Origin: Octopus sinensis
Taxonomy: Eukaryota
Reading direction: 5' to 3'
DNA length: 64,000 nt
NCBI RefSeq assembly: GCF_006345805.1
Contig: NC_043002.1
Location: 34,658,001 to 34,722,000, forward strand
The notes below the pieces were generated by a model. That model was given only the letters and a program-made list of their open reading frames with translations. It was not told the DNA's origin and did no database searches. Made by a program: the position numbers and the translations under genes. Position 1 is the stretch's first letter; the number at the start of each line of letters is the position of its first letter. Positions 49,576 through 61,669 of this stretch are shown here, in pieces.

Positions 49576-50399
49576 GCAACTTCAGTAATTTGGGATTCAA
49601 TAATCTGCTAAAATATGATCAGAATGTAGAGGACTAAGACTGACATCAAATACTACTGCTATAGGCTGAGTTTTTCAGTGAAATCCAAACCACCAGAGTG
49701 AAAACTAAAGAAACAAACAAAAATCAAACGTTGTCCTCTTCCTCTGTAAACCACATCAACAATATCAATTCAAGCAAGTATACCCTGACCTACTAAGCCT
49801 CTTCAAACTAAGAGTCCTCAGATTATCTGAATGGAATTCTAGATATCAAGCAGGTGTATCATTTAGTTTGTCATTTGAAACTGTAATTAGAATAATCAGG
49901 TATGGTCATGATAAGTTTTGAAGAAAATCCTACAACACCTGTCTTACAGATAAAGAAATGAAGATGTGTAACTTTGTAGGTCATTGGAAGAAAAACTGTC
50001 TGTGTAAGTTAAGAACAGCAAATATATCCCATTTCATATGTAAAGGAGGAGATTGGTGTAAGTGACTTGAAACATCTACAGAATATCAGTGACAAGTGTT
50101 GAATAACTATTTCGTTTCCTTAAATTAAGATGGCACCAAAAATTGATATTCACTACTGAAATTCTGGACATCTACATGTGTTTTATAGCATGTTTGAATA
50201 AAAAAAAGTGGCTTTAAATAGAAATGTGTATAATAGAAATTACATAGATCATTTCTCTACTATCCACATCACAACAAGGCGAAGTCGTATAAACTTTGCC
50301 ACTGCTCACAAGAGAGTATAAGCCTAGTAGCTTTCAGACATTCTCTCCACACTTCCACTCTTCACCCAGCAGAAAATCCACAACATGCCAATAGGAGGA

Positions 50400-50560
50400 A
50401 AAGTACATTCCACTAGCAGTCGGATGATACTCATAATTAGCTGGATTGACTGGAGCAATGTGAAAATATGTGGTTTGCTCAAGGACATAACACGTTGCCT
50501 GATCCAAGAGTTGAGCCCACGACCTTATGCTCATGAGCCCAACACTCTAACCACTAGACC
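50400..50560 (-). mobile_element. SINE family C
   Basis: gctggattgactggagcaatgtgaaaatatgtggtttgctcaaggacataac...caacactctaaccactagacca. Confidence 0.7.
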
Positions 50561-50649
50561 ATATGTAGTAATAAAGTAAATTGACACACAAGCACATTCA
50601 CAAGAACTATCAGTACATTTAATCAACATAAAGAAATAGCAGTAGTCAT

Positions 50650-51170
50650 GATTTAACATTTGTTTTCCATGCTGGCTTGGGTCAAATTTTAGACGAAAAC
50701 ATTGGAATCCTCATGGATCATAGCAATCTTGTTTGGGTATCTAATCTCTTTGTAGTGAATAAAACAAGATGAGAGAGCTGGTCTACTACAGAGTTGCTCA
50801 AACTGCTAGAAACAGCAGCCAAATCTCCCTTTTAACACAGTCTTGCTGAGACAGATTTTCTATGGCCAGTTACCCTGCCAGTCACTGACCCTTACCTGTT
50901 TCCCAGTAAGATGAAATTTCCTCCATGACCAAATATGTTTACACGGAAGATTGGAAATGAGAAACACCACTTTAGTGATTGTGGCACTCGCTTGCAACTA
51001 TCACATGATGTCAAGGAAAGGCAACAGTAACACACATACATATATATACAATGGGCTTCTTCCAGTTTCTATCTACTAAATCATCTCACAAGGCTTTGGC
51101 CAGACAAGGGCTAAAATAGAAGACACTGCCAAAGGTGCCAGGCAGTAGGACTGAACCCAGCCATGCCTTT
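50650..51170 (-). mobile_element. SINE family D (family A head, different body, RTE-type tail), with an internal family E piece
   Basis: Head ggtgccaggcagtaggactgaaccc; body tttcccagtaagatgaaatttcctccatgaccaaatatg; tail tttaacatttgttttccatgctggcttggg. Confidence 0.65.
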
Positions 51171-51479
51171 GCTTGTATGTATGTATGTATGTATGTGTGT
51201 AGACACATACACACACAATGATTGATTACTCCATCTTGTCAACTCAGTAGAATATATTTTGTTAAGGAAGTCATAAGACATACATATGTATCTAAACATG
51301 CCCACTGCTTTCACCAGTTGGCTATAAAGACAAGAACTGTCCCTGTCTAATCCAATGTCACATTGTTAAAATAGTTTTAATTAAACAAATAGTGGTGAAC
51401 TGGCAGGTCACAAATGTTGGATATAATGCCTACTGAAACATCCAAGGGAAAGGCAAATGTAGATATAGCTTAGCACCAG

Positions 51480-51620
51480 TGATGTTACAACTCCTTTCTA
51501 CAGCTGGGTTAACTGGAGTAATGTGAAATAAAAACACAACACACAGCCCTGTTCAGGAATCAAACTCACTACCTCATGATTATGAGCCCAATGCTCTAAC
51601 CACTGAGTCATGCACCTTCA
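51480..51620 (-). mobile_element. SINE family C
   Basis: gctgggttaactggagtaatgtgaaataaaaacacaac...gagcccaatgctctaaccactgagtcatgcacc. Confidence 0.65.
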
Positions 51621-52602
51621 CAAGGTGGAACCATAGCTGAACCCAATGTTTTCCAAAAGTGTCTCAAGCTCAAGGTGTGTGCCTCAGCTCAACACTCAAC
51701 ATTTGCCTGTCATGTCTGCACAGCAGCCATCACTGGTGGAATTGCCATTCTAGGTGCCAACAACACCAACTCAGCTATCCTGCTATCCTGTCCAGTATGA
51801 GCGAAACCATGGGATCAGAGCAACGGTTTGCGCACTCACTCGATAGAGCAGTGGTGCCAGGCTGCTTCTGAGTGATAATAGCTGAACACCAAATTCAATA
51901 AAAAAGTATCAAACCAGGGTTGTTGATTGGCAGAACTTGATGCATTGTAATATTTGCTCTGGATCTTTGCAATCTGAGTTCAAATCCCACCATAGAGTAT
52001 TTGAGTAGTAGACTAAATTTACTTCCCACCATCACCTAGCACCTTATGTTCCTTTGTAGAGTTCACACTTATGAATATTTTCTGGTTTGAGTATACCTTT
52101 CTCCATCAATCCCACCAATTTTAGAGACCCTGTAAAGCACCACAGAGAACTTCTTCCTTTTCAACTGAAAAAAAGTTCAAATAATAACCATAACATTATT
52201 TACATTTGACAGATATTTGTCCTTATCTTGTTTAACACAATGTTTTGGCTGATACACCCACAAGCCTTCATTAGGTGTCTTGGGGAAATTTCGAACCTGG
52301 GTTCTCATTCCTAAGGTATTTTTTGATGTTGTTATTATTATTATTATTATTATTATTTAGGTCACTGCCTGGAATTGAACTTGGAACCTTGGGGTTAGTA
52401 GCCTGCACTCCTAACCACTATGCCATATGCCCGTGGGCTTAATGAGTCTCTACATCTACACAGGAAAGTTAGATGGTTTGAAAGACGAGCTGGTTTTTGA
52501 TGGAGTTTCTCTATATGTCTCCATTGAAGTCTAATGTCGCCTCCGTACTGATTAGAAAATACAGTTCTATATTTAAGAGATGAGGAATTATTTACATTAT
52601 TT

Positions 52603-52675
52603 ACGGGCATATGGTGTAGTGGTTAAGAGTGCGGGCTACTAACCCCAAGATTCCAAGTTTGATTCCAGGCAGTGA

Positions 52676-52680
<5 letters not shown>
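52603..52680 (+). promoter_or_regulatory. tRNA-like head with Pol III A box (52612-52622) and B box (52656-52666)
   Basis: TGGTGTAGTGG and AGTTTGATTCC. The minus copy has AGTTCAATTCC, so the ancestral B box was probably GTTCGATTCC. Confidence 0.75.
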
Positions 52681-52716
<36 letters not shown>

Positions 52717-52761
52717 TTGAAAAATAACTTAGGAATGAGAACCTAGGTTTGAAATTTCCCC

Positions 52762-52811
52762 TTGACACCTGATGAAGGCTAGAGGGTATATCAGCTGAAA
52801 CGTTGTGTTAA
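52762..52811 (+). ncRNA. Minimal type-I hammerhead ribozyme motif
   Basis: TTGACAC CTGATGA a GGCT agagggtatatc AGCT GAAA CG T T GTGTTAA: 7-bp stem I, intact core, ACGT palindromic stem III. Confidence 0.8.
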
Positions 52812-53369
52812 CAACAAACAAGATGAGGACAAATATCCGTCAAATGTAAATAATGTAAATAATGTACATAATTTCTCATCTCTTAAATATAGAACTGTAA
52901 CAACCATAACAATCAGATACTAATTCTTTTTTTGAGTATAATGAACAAGAAAAGTAAATATTTCTACTACATTTATGAAAGCACATCAAGTGCCTTCTTA
53001 TCCATAATGGTTGCATCATTTATTAACTAAAATCTCTACAGTCTCTCTTGCCAAGTCATTTAAACTAGTCATATAAAACCATTTTCAATTATATTCTAGT
53101 TTCCATCAGTGTCAAAATATATAACATAATTATATTTATTTCATATATCTAACTTTAAAATGGAGTGATTATATTATCTTACCAAATTATTAATGTCATC
53201 TTTAAACAATAGTTACATCATTTATATCAGCACAATGTTTTCAACTTCAGTTATTATCAGGTGTCATATTCCTGCATATGTAGTTAATTCCAAACTGAAT
53301 TTAAAGTATTTATTAATGGTTTTGATCAGAAAAAAGATGTTGTACCCTTGATGCTTAAAAGTCTTCCCA

Positions 53370-53840
53370 GACTGAAAATTAATAGGGCTGATGATGTTCA
53401 TCTTGTAGGAAAGAGAGAATTGTAATGAGTTGAAGCTCTGAGGAGGAAGAACTGGATATAGTGGTTAGTGTTGGATCAGAAAAGAGAGGCAGGTTTCTTG
53501 GATGTACTGTGATGAAGGTGGTGTACAGCTTTCTAATACTGAAGAGCAGAGGCTGTTGCAATAGAAGTGTGAGGTGATGGTATGCATGTGGGATGAAGGT
53601 TGGAGTATGTAGATGAGTGAGTCCTCACTAAACAGTCAGATGCTCTCATTAAGATGTGATCTAAGTTGTTAGTGTGTGCAAAGAAGAAAGGTAATCATTA
53701 GGACACAATTTTTATTATGTTTTGAATGTGAGATTTCCAGGAGAGATTATCAGTGATTGTGATCCCTAGATTTGTAGTAACTTTAAGAGGTTGTTGATTG
53801 TGTGTTCTGCAAGACAAGAGATGTTGAGATAGGAAAATAT
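53370..53840 (-). mobile_element. Old CR1/L2-type LINE C-terminal fragment
   Basis: Minus strand NLGITITDNLSWKSHIQNIIK (~53725-53790), followed by an eroded LMRA.DCLVR.H stretch. Confidence 0.6.
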
Positions 53841-55074
53841 AGATTCACTTCATGCTTTTAGTTCTGAAATTAAGTCCTAGTTCAAATCTAGTTTGGAGTC
53901 CTGAACAGAATAAAAAAAAAACATGATACTTGACAAGACATCTAATGACAACAGGAGATGAAGGTGATTAAAATATTGTAAACATAAGTATTTAAAATAT
54001 ACTATAAAGATGAGGTTGATGAACAAACATTTATAATCCACATAAATCAAATCAGACATCTAGAAATTTATATTTGTGGTATTGAAAAAATATCTGCCCT
54101 GTTTTACACTGACTCCACCTAAAATAAAGCTGTCACATAAATTCTATAATAAAACCTTCAAAGCAATAACTGTTTCACAATCAATGAAAATATGACCATC
54201 ATACATTTTTCTAACACTGTATGTTTGTCTACAACCTCCTTGTTTACCAGATGTTTCCCAATAACCAACTCCAAACAGCAGAGTCACAGATGGGCGCTGT
54301 CTTCCTTTACTGTTTTTATTTTGTTCATTGGGCTACAACAATACTGGGAACCACCTATACAATTATATCTTGTACTTATTTTATCAATCCTTTATGAACA
54401 GTTCACATACCATTTTGTATTTTTATTGTAAACAGATGTTACTCAACAAACACACCATCATCATAATTATATAAGATCCTTCTTTTCTATGTTTATAAAG
54501 AGTGGATGGGTTTCCCCCATTACAGTAACTGGTCATCTTCTTTATGAGGTTCAACATCATGAGATCAGATTCACTGAATTTACTGATTTAACATCACCAT
54601 CTGGCATTTTTGGTGTCGTTAGCAGAGTCCACTGTTGCAGGTATTCAGACAAGGACCCCCGGTTTAAAGATACCTTCCTCTATTCCACTGGTCTCAGATG
54701 CTCCTAAAGAGTTAAGAACATTACCATCTCTCCTAACACACACACACACGCACGCACATGCGTGCACGTTCTGTCCTGAAGAAAACACAGATTAAAATCA
54801 CGTGATTTCTTCTTTTCTTTTGCTATGAATATGAGTTCATTGGTGAACAAGCGAGTATGTGAAGGTGTGTGTGCACATGTGTTGGTAGTGTAATAAATTC
54901 ATGACACTATTAAAGACTAACTAGAATCAAGAAAATTGCTGGTTGCACAATGAAGCTGTAAAATTCAAAATTTGCTGAGAGTTATTTTTATCTTCAACAT
55001 CTATTGCAGAAAATAATTTCAAGGTTAGAATTTCTGCATAGCATTGTTTAGCCTATGAATGCATCATGTATGTG

Positions 55075-55117
<43 letters not shown>

Positions 55118-55159
55118 TATACTGTTCAATGGAACAACACACAGACACACACAGGCACA

Positions 55160-55300
55160 GATATGGCTGTGTAGTTAAGAAGTTTCTTTTGCAGCCTTGC
55201 AGTTCCAGAGTCAGTCCCCACTCTGTGGCAACTTGAGCAAGCGTCTTCTATAGCTTCATGCTAAGCTGTACAATGAGAGTGAATCTGCTACACAGAGAAA
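55160..55300 (+). mobile_element. SINE family A/D head
   Basis: gatatggctgtgtagttaagaagtttc...gagtcagtccccactctgtggcaacttgagcaagcgtcttcta. Confidence 0.7.
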
Positions 55301-57149
55301 GTCTGTTGTGTAAATAGAAACCTTTTACATGCTGATGGTTGCAATATCACCACAAACAATGAAAAGATAGCTCCAATTACTTCTGGATAAAATTTACATT
55401 GCATTATAACCTTTTAGTCCTCACAATACAACTTCATAAAACTTAACTTTTATCAGTGCTTTCCTAGGATGTCCCATGTGATTCCCAAAATAATAGCATT
55501 TGGAGGCATTTTAAACAAGGGATGCAAATCTTTCTTGGTTATAGAATTTCAAATAGAACTCATGAATGTCTGAAAAATTACAATATTTTAAGTTTCAATG
55601 TCATATACAAAATAACACTCAAATATTTCTTTTCAAAAGAACTATTTTTGTGTTATTACTACACATGGACATTATATATAAAAAATAATAAAATAATAGA
55701 AGTGCTTTTAGCAAAAATGTCTTTTACAAAATTTGCATGTATCTTGAAAATACTATGTGAATATGTTAAAGTCTAGGAGTTGAGAAAGCATGCTACAAGT
55801 TGTGTCATATTCTATGGGTAAAAATCATAAAATTCAGTGTGAATATTGTCTTAAAACAAAAATATACAAAAACACAAAGGCTATGAGGAGGTTATTGTTG
55901 TTTAGTCCCAGAATAATCTGAGTGAACAAACCTACAACTGTAACCATTCCGACTGTTACCATTTATTTTTTATCAGTTCTTTTTTTTAACATACATTATT
56001 CAGAATAGGTTGAAGTTTGAGAGAGATTTGGCTCCTACTTCTAAGAGGTTCAGTTATAGCTTAGACGATCTCTTGCTGACTACAAGGATGTATAAACATC
56101 ATCTTCATATCAGTTCCTATATAAAAAGAAACTATGTTACCTGTGCAATTTTCATGACAACCTTGTTTATACATACCTACTTATGCATGTACACACAAAT
56201 GCATGCGCGCACACACACACACGATGCCCAAATCAGTGTCATGGAAGGTTACAAACTACGATGCAGTGTCTGATATACAAAAAGACTTGGTTATTTATAA
56301 TTATGAGGCTCTCATAATAAAACCTGCCAATTGGTGATTAGCCTAAAGGGAAACAACTCTGTTTTCAATCAGGATTTTGATTTGGAGGGAAAAAAGAAAC
56401 AAAAGGGCCACTTTCAGGTGGAAAATAATAACCGATAAAGAAAGTTATTCACCCCCTTTATTTTCAAAGTGTGTATACACACACACCAATACTAAAGAGA
56501 CACACACACACACAACCCAGCTGCCATCATTCTCTTCATTTCAAAAGTACATATATTCTTGCATGGGTAGTTCAGTCTTCTTCAGTGCGGTATATTGCCA
56601 ATCAATAAACTTTTTTATGCAACAATCATCCACCATACACATCACATGCTCCTAACAGTACAGCTTCCTCTTACATAACATTTGATTCCTCTTATATCCA
56701 GATTTTCTCTCAGCACATTTGCACTGTGGCATTCATCCACACTAGTATTACACCTCCATCAAAACATGTTAGTTTTACTTCTTTCTAGCCTTTGTAAGAG
56801 GAATTTTTTTTTTTTTCACCTTTTAAGTCCTGTATCGCAATACCATGCAACAACAATACTTCTAGGACAAGCATTATACAATTTCTTTTTCACTCTGCCA
56901 CCAGAGGTAATAGCTCTGTAAACATCTTTCAACCTGTTCCAACATATACATATATATATGTATACACACCAACACACATATGCATGCACTCGTACACACA
57001 TACACACACACATACAATAAACTGCTTTACATTTTCTATGCTCCAAATTTCATTAAAGCATCAGTCAACCTGCAGTTATAGTTAAAGCCACTTGCCCAGG
57101 ATCCCATAAAGTGGATTAAACTCTAAGAACCGATACACTGATATTCTAT

Positions 57150-57288
57150 TTAAAATTCGGTGGCACACCTGAACTAAAAATATAACTAAAAATATAGCGG
57201 AAAAATTTATATTCAGGTTACACTGTGGCACACCTAGCATCGTCTCATGGCACACCAGCATGTCGCAGCATACCGGTTATAGAGCACT
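57150..57288 (+). mobile_element. Possible hAT-type MITE right end
   Basis: Repeated ggcacacc motifs ending in accggttatagagcactg; no matching left TIR identified. Confidence 0.4.
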
Positions 57289-58419
57289 GCTCTAAGCCAT
57301 GTGACTACAAAGCAAACTTCTTAATCACAGAACCATATAATTGTCATATGGTTGGTGTTCAAAGCCTTCACAAACAAGTCACTATGACAGTCCTAACAAG
57401 TCAACAGTTCAGTAAAGAACTCATTGACAAATTCTACTGAAAAGAGATGGGAAAAATGGTTCCCAGCTTGTAGTGGTAAACTCTTAGGATGTTGAGAAGG
57501 ATCTGCTCCTTCTCTTGACTAGGTTCAACCAATCAGACCCCCAAACCACTTAAGGTTTCTTGGACATTATATAAGTTATATTTTTATGGATGATCAAAAT
57601 GTATCAGACAGCACGCTGTGTTGATCTCTCACCACTGTCCTTACTTATCAAGATATATGTATTCCAACATCACCAATAGATGTGTACAGCATTTTTCGAA
57701 CTTCCATCTAGCATCTACACAAGCCGACAATACTCAGAATCAACATTCCGAAATAGAAACATAGATACTGACAAAAACACACTATGAAATAATGTATTTT
57801 TATGCTATTAACATACATCCATTATAAGATACACAAATCATTTTAAACTCATCAATTTTTGTTTCAAATGTTGTCTAGAATTTTTCATCAGTTATTTGAT
57901 GCTATTTTTCTCTTTGACATTTCTGTAAACACAAACCTTGTCACATTCTGATAAATACAAATTCTATCTCATCCAGACATTAATAGAACATTTTGGCTAC
58001 AAATTCTTATTTACTTTTAACATAATCAGCCATCATAAACTAATATTTTTATCTATTTTCATGACTCAGTAACACTTACATTTCATATATGCATTCATTT
58101 TTGTTACACACAATACTCTCTGCTGTTATTTTTATACTGTATTTTTGAATTTCTTGTAAGATTTGAATCCATTGCGATCAACATATTCTTTATATCAGAT
58201 TAAATGACTTGGTATACAAGTTATTCAATTTATCTCCAGAACCATCATATATGCACACATATATTTGCATGCTTACACACATACACACACAAAGTAATAA
58301 TAACAAGAAACTGGGAGAGGAGAGAGAGAGACGAAAAGTATGTGTATGCCTATGCAAATGTATGTTTAAATATATGTGAGCATATGTTAGAATGAAAAGA
58401 GACATAAGTAAACACGTGC

Positions 58420-58436
58420 GTGGTGGTGGTTGTGGT

Positions 58437-58502
<66 letters not shown>

Positions 58503-58520
58503 ATAGTAGTAGTAGTAGTA
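58420..58520. repeat. (GTA)n trinucleotide microsatellite
   Basis: Direct inspection. Confidence 0.97.
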
Positions 58521-59111
58521 AGACAGCTAGTCAATGACAGTCATAATAACCATGATGATGATGTTTGCAGTGGTAAGTAAGAAGAGGAAAATTACCATCA
58601 TATACACTAGTGGATGGTGGTCAGCTTGAATGCAAAAAACAGTAACATTCAAGTCATCTCTTCTAGTCCAGCAACAACAACAAAAATGTAATGGAGATGA
58701 GACAGAAATAGTTACAATCAGTGGTCAAGACTACATATACTAACCATATGTTAAAGCCGAAGGTTTACATAAAATACAGCCAAAACTTCTATATATGACA
58801 AATATGTCAATATAAACATTATAATGACATATATATAATGACATACAGAGAAATAAGAGAAAATATTATTTGGGGATTAAACCAGAAGCTCATAACTTCA
58901 TGTCAGAAATATCTTGCCACAACTTTTAACATCTTCCTCATTCATTGTTTTCAACATGTTCAACCCTAGACTATACATGATGGATTTACAACTATAAATT
59001 AATGCTTTATCTTATCAGAAATGAAGTCATTTGTATAAATAATAGAGGGTGTTATCAAATGAAATGATAACATGGATTCAGGATAACATATGGAGAGCAT
59101 AAAAACAGAAA

Positions 59112-59166
59112 CAGCAATAAAACTATGTGGCAGCAATAAAACTATGTGGCAGCAATAAAACTATGT
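59112..59166. repeat. 3 x 19-bp tandem repeat (cagcaataaaactatgtgg)
   Basis: Units start at 59112, 59131 and 59150. Confidence 0.9.
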
Positions 59167-59299
59167 TAGTAGCAGTCAATAGCACCTATCCTTTATATTT
59201 TCGTGAATATACTGATTAGTCAAAATCTCAGCTCGTGAATTTGTGCAAATTTGTCCTACTTTTGTAATGTGCCTATCAATATATTATTTACATTGAGTT

Positions 59300-59510
59300 A
59301 ATAAGGGTTCCTCTACGGAGTCATTTGACCTGTAAGAAATAGTAGCCAAATCTCCCTCAAATCACACTCTACCTTAAAAATTAAGCACACAATAGACAAT
59401 GTAGTTCTAGATATAGATAAGTTGCACAAAAAAGACAGAAATGATCTTGGCTGACATGCCTTCCAGTGATAGGTATGTTCAATCAGGGCCGACTGGAGTG
59501 AAACAATAAC
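59300..59510 (+). mobile_element. Repeat family E
   Basis: gtcatttgacctgtaagaaatagtagccaaatctccctcaaatcacac...caatcagggccgactggagtgaaacaataac. Confidence 0.7.
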
Positions 59511-60057
59511 AGTACTTCATATAAATTCTCACAAGAAACATTACTCATTAGCAGACACTGAAAGACTGTTTAATATGTTCTTTTAATGAAAATTTTATTG
59601 CTGCTTTTCCTCACTAATTTTATTTTAAACAGATTTAATTACATTCTTAACTTCAAATATTTCTGGTTTCAAATTTCTTAGCGGCATAGCAAATGCCCAA
59701 AATCCCATGATACTTTAACATAGCCAATATCAAGAATTAATGTGGCCTTTCTAGAAGTGACAAAATAGGCAGTCAGTGAGGGAATTGTATTGTACTGATG
59801 AGTCCTTGGTGTATAACAACAGCACCATCCTAGAAGTTAGAGCAAGGTTATTTCCCTACAGGGTAAGACTTACATTGTACACAAAGAGTCATAAAATTAA
59901 ATTAAAGGCAATCAAAGAACAACGTATAGCAGAAATCTAGCTGGTAAACATGATACTGGTTTCATCTGTTTAAATACTATTAAAATTTACTGATATCTAA
60001 AAATGAGTCTATGGTAGATTAGACAACACTGAATTCCAAATTTCCAACCGAATCATT

Positions 60058-60420
60058 ATTTAACCTCCACTGTTCTATGCTTGCATGAGTCAGATGAATT
60101 TATTGATGCAGATTTTCTACAGCTAGATGCCCTTCCTGTCACCATCCCTCACTTGTTTCCAAGTGAGGTAATATTTTGTCATAGCTAGATGTTTTTCACA
60201 AAAGACTGGAAACAAACAGCCTGGTTTGAATGACAATGATGCTCATCTACAACTAACACATGATGTCTAGCCTTATTTCAGTTCCCATCTACCAAGTCCA
60301 TTCACAGGGTTTTGGCCAGCTTGAGGCTTGGTAGAAGATACTTTCTCAAGGTGCCACACAGTGAGACTGAACACAAGACTACATGATTGGGTAACAAGCT
60401 TCTTAACCACACAACTCCAC
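60058..60420 (-). mobile_element. SINE family D (family A head with RTE-type tail)
   Basis: Head 60270-60420 matches 60718-60860; the tail tttctacagctagatgcccttcctgtcacc and ttaacctccactgttctatgcttgcatg matches the RTE 3'UTR copies. Confidence 0.8.
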
Positions 60421-60717
60421 CTGCACCTATATATATATATATACACACACACATTACATACACACACACACATATGCATACACACACATTATATATATAT
60501 GTATGTGTCCAACCCATGCTAGGATGGAAAACGGACGTTAAACGATGATGATGATATATAACAGTTTGCAGCTGTTTACTCAACATGAGGAAATTGAACA
60601 CCTATTTTGTATATCTTTACTTCTGAAGAGATTTGACTTCCAAATCGTTTTTAATTTAATTAATTAATTTTCTGAGGGTCTAAATTGAAACAATTGTAAG
60701 GAATGTCTGTCAATTCT

Positions 60718-61110
60718 TGTGTGGTAAGTAGCTTGCTAACCAACCACATGGTACCGGGTTCAGTCCCACTGCGTGGCATCTTGGGCAAGTGTCTTCTGCT
60801 ATAGCCCCGGGCCGACCAATGCCTTGTGAGTGGATTTGGTAGACAGAAACTGAAAGAAGCCTGTCGTATATATGTATATATATATGCATGTGTGTTTGTT
60901 TGTGTGTCTGTGTTTGTCCCCCTAGCATTGCTTGACAACCGATGCTGGTGTGTTTATGTCCCCGTTACTTAGCGGTTCGGCAAAAGAGACCGATAGAATA
61001 AGTACTGGGCTTACAAAAAGAATAAGTTCTGGGGTCGAGTTGCTCGATTAAAGGTGGTGCTCCAGCATGGCCGCAGTCAAATGACTGAAACAAGTAAAAA
61101 AATAAAAGAG
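60718..61110 (+). mobile_element. Young near-full-length tRNA-derived SINE, family A
   Basis: gtgtggtaagtagcttgc...ccgggttcagtcccactgcgtggcatcttgggcaagtgtcttc...cttagcggttcggcaaaagagaccgatagaataagtac...gctccagcatggccgcagtcaaatgactgaaacaagtaaa; CpGs retained. Confidence 0.92.
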
Positions 61111-61200
61111 TAATTCATTAATTACCTCTCTATTCTCCCATTTTATTATATATATGCGCGCACGCACACACACACACACATGTATGGGGAGCAAATCAGA

Positions 61201-61347
61201 TTGATTCAAATTCGTTGGTACTTCTAGAGTTTCAAGTGTGATGCTAATATTCAGCCATATTGAATTTGAATTCAAATTCAATATGAATTTAACATGAAGA
61301 TTAGCATCACACTTGAAACTCTAGAGGTACCAACGAATTTGAATCAA
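61201..61347. repeat. Foldback palindrome: ~53-bp outer arms around a perfect 30-bp inner palindrome
   Basis: 61201-61253 pairs with 61295-61347 (2 mismatches); the inner catattgaatttgaattcaaattcaatatg (61256-61285) is its own reverse complement. Confidence 0.95.
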
Positions 61348-61591
61348 ACTGTTTTGATCCATACATGTAACTCCTAATAAATGTGTTGAGTACCCTTCTT
61401 TCCTTTGTCCACTCACTCACACAGACATATATATATTTATTTGGTTGTATATTGCCTAAAGTGAAGAAAAAACATCTCAACACAGAAAATAAATATTGTT
61501 AATAGTTACATAATAGTCAGGTATTGGAGTGAGTTATTGTAACTAGTAAATGTGAACAAATAAATTTGAATTTGGCAGAAACAGAGCAAAC

Positions 61592-61642
<51 letters not shown>

Positions 61643-61669
61643 TGTGTGTGTATATATCAGACAGGTTTT

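Larger units (their letters stand above)
52196..52897. mobile_element. TSD-flanked inverted dimer of a tRNA-headed, hammerhead-containing Penelope-derived element
   Basis: Plus copy 52603-52897 and minus copy 52602-52196; 14-bp TSD taataaccataaca (52182-52195) / taacaaccataaca (52898-52911). Confidence 0.88.

Noticed and set aside
51650-51880. GC-richer block resembling an RTE internal fragment
   Set aside because: Only vague motif similarity; cannot be assigned with confidence.
52603-52680. Functional tRNA gene
   Set aside because: The acceptor stem pairs poorly, and the sequence is duplicated as part of a TSD-flanked mobile element; treated as a tRNA-derived head. The same applies to SINE heads at 15834 and 60718.
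53183-53271. Minus-strand exon candidate
   Set aside because: Stop codons in all three frames.
58190-58580. Poly-Thr / poly-Val ORFs (mucin-like)
   Set aside because: Translation of (GTA)n.
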